From: Owenia fusiformis
Taxonomy: Eukaryota
NCBI GenBank assembly: GCA_903813345.2
Contig: CAIIXF020000001.1
Coordinates: 35,402,001 to 35,466,000, forward strand
Direction of reading: 5' to 3'
DNA length: 64,000 bases
Shown here: positions 63,523-64,000 of the stretch, piece after piece
How positions within the stretch are numbered: position 1 is the first letter of the stretch
Layout: each line of letters opens with the position of its first letter
The notes under the pieces: model-generated
Databases searched by the model: none
The model's input: only the letters and a program-made list of their open reading frames with translations
What the model was told of the DNA's origin: nothing
Program-made: the position numbers and the translations under genes

Positions 63523-64000
63523 GTAACACTGTCACTGAATTATGATTTCTTATTTGTTCTAAATGATCCATAATAATACAAACATTTAGAGATACACATT
63601 GATCACGAGCCATTCTATAGTATAATATTTGTTTTGGAATGCAGTTGTTTTGGAATCATCTGATATAAGTTCAAATGCAAGCTTATTATTTACCATACTT
63701 TTGTGACATTTAAGAGTCTTCCAGTTCAAAGACAGTGAAAGACTAATGAGATCATCCATCAACTTAAATTGAAGAGTGTCTTTTTTTCAAGTGCACTTTT
63801 TATTTGAGAAAATTTAATTTTAGGCATCACAATTATATCTTGCAAAAAATCATCTTCATGTATCGCTATTTCATTGATGATCTTTGTCACATAAAATTTT
63901 CTTTCAAAATAATTAAAAAAGCAGCTTTTTTAGAATAAAATGACTCTTGAATGTTACATTTTATAAAAATTTATTTGCTTATAGTTGTTGTTTTTCATTC

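Overview
AT-rich eukaryotic genomic DNA with spliceosomal GT-AG introns, most likely from a bilaterian invertebrate; the species cannot be determined from the sequence. Five protein-coding loci were reconstructed by hand: (1) an intronless ANKH-like transporter (1105-2451, +) with one in-frame TAA, apparently nested antisense in an intron of (2) a retinol-dehydrogenase-like SDR (-, five coding exons 11655 to 2560, last exon not found); (3) an ankyrin-repeat/SOCS-box protein (+, 26567-29187, 459 aa, N-myristoylation motif); (4) a complete PRIM2, the DNA primase large subunit (-, 11 exons, 54712 to 31170, 528 aa); (5) the 5' part of a V-ATPase V0 a-subunit gene (+, from 59162) with a candidate pair of mutually exclusive exons. 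Non-coding DNA is a dense nest of transposons. The most striking structure is a family of 3.6-4.1 kb foldback elements (two copies) with ~525-bp outer TIRs, inward-facing arrays of a 172-bp satellite unit and a 3-bp TSD, the latter confirmed against an empty paralogous site inside the window. Also present: Helentron-type HINE elements carrying tandem arrays, hAT-like MITEs whose TSD length (5, 6 or 8 bp) tracks the terminal sequence, Tc1- and Kolobok-like MITEs, a young 5'-truncated L1/Tx1 LINE with TSD and poly(A), and older LINE remnants. No CRISPR array, rRNA or intact tRNA was seen. Coordinates were counted by eye; repeat boundaries may be off by a few bases.
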